A stretch of 61,989 nt of DNA, the filler included, from Sphacelaria rigidula (taxonomy: Eukaryota): assembly GCA_964200075.2 (NCBI GenBank). It is 7 parts of 7 records of this genome, joined end to end, with 100 filler letters (N's around TTAATTAATTAA, not from the genome) between each part and the next. Parts side by side here need not be neighbours in the genome. Positions count along the whole stretch, not along the records: positions 53,221 to 61,989 come from CAXNAA020010153.1; 6 more parts are not named here. One strand, written 5' to 3'. The position numbers and the translations under genes are program-made. Below the pieces are notes generated by a model that made no database searches, was not told the DNA's origin, and saw only the letters and a list, made by a program, of their open reading frames with translations. This document shows, one piece after another, positions 61,919 to 61,989 of the stretch (position 1 is its first letter; every line of letters starts with the position of its first letter).

Positions 61919-61989
61919 ACTATCTAAGAGGCGGGGGAGAAGAGAGGGAAAAGAAAGGAGAAGGGGGGGGGGGGGGTGGGGGGGACAAA

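Noticed and set aside
61885-61985. Poly-C/poly-G runs as telomere or G4 elements
   Set aside because: Homopolymers at contig ends and gap edges are common assembly break points; no telomeric unit is present.

Overview
Eukaryotic, repeat-rich DNA. It is most consistent with a brown alga or other stramenopile; this is an inference from intron-rich genes with short GT-AG exons and the style of the repeats. The window is not one locus. It is seven unrelated contigs of near-identical, decreasing length (8771, 8770, 8770, 8770, 8770, 8769, 8769 bp) joined by 100-bp N/TTAATTAATTAA linkers, so adjacency across gaps has no biological meaning. Contig 1 is a decayed Ty3/Gypsy retrotransposon: a very long (~1420-codon) gag with 21-aa repeats and a CCHC knuckle, then protease, RT and RNase H. 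Contig 2 holds at least 7 exons of an uncharacterised protein with an Fn3-associated domain plus GFxGGF/YFVP repeats. Contig 4 holds the 3' six exons of a divergent calcineurin-A-like PPP phosphatase. Contig 6 is a minus-strand chromovirus-like Gypsy element in the order RNase H, integrase, chromodomain plus Tudor-like tail, a single candidate LTR, then a gag-like ORF. The rest is dominated by non-autonomous DNA transposons (hAT-like with 8-bp TSDs, piggyBac-like with TTAA, TA-flanked), tRNA-derived SINEs and fold-backs. The most striking pattern is that four unrelated repeat families all form arrays with a 41-43-bp period, several inside hAT-like termini.
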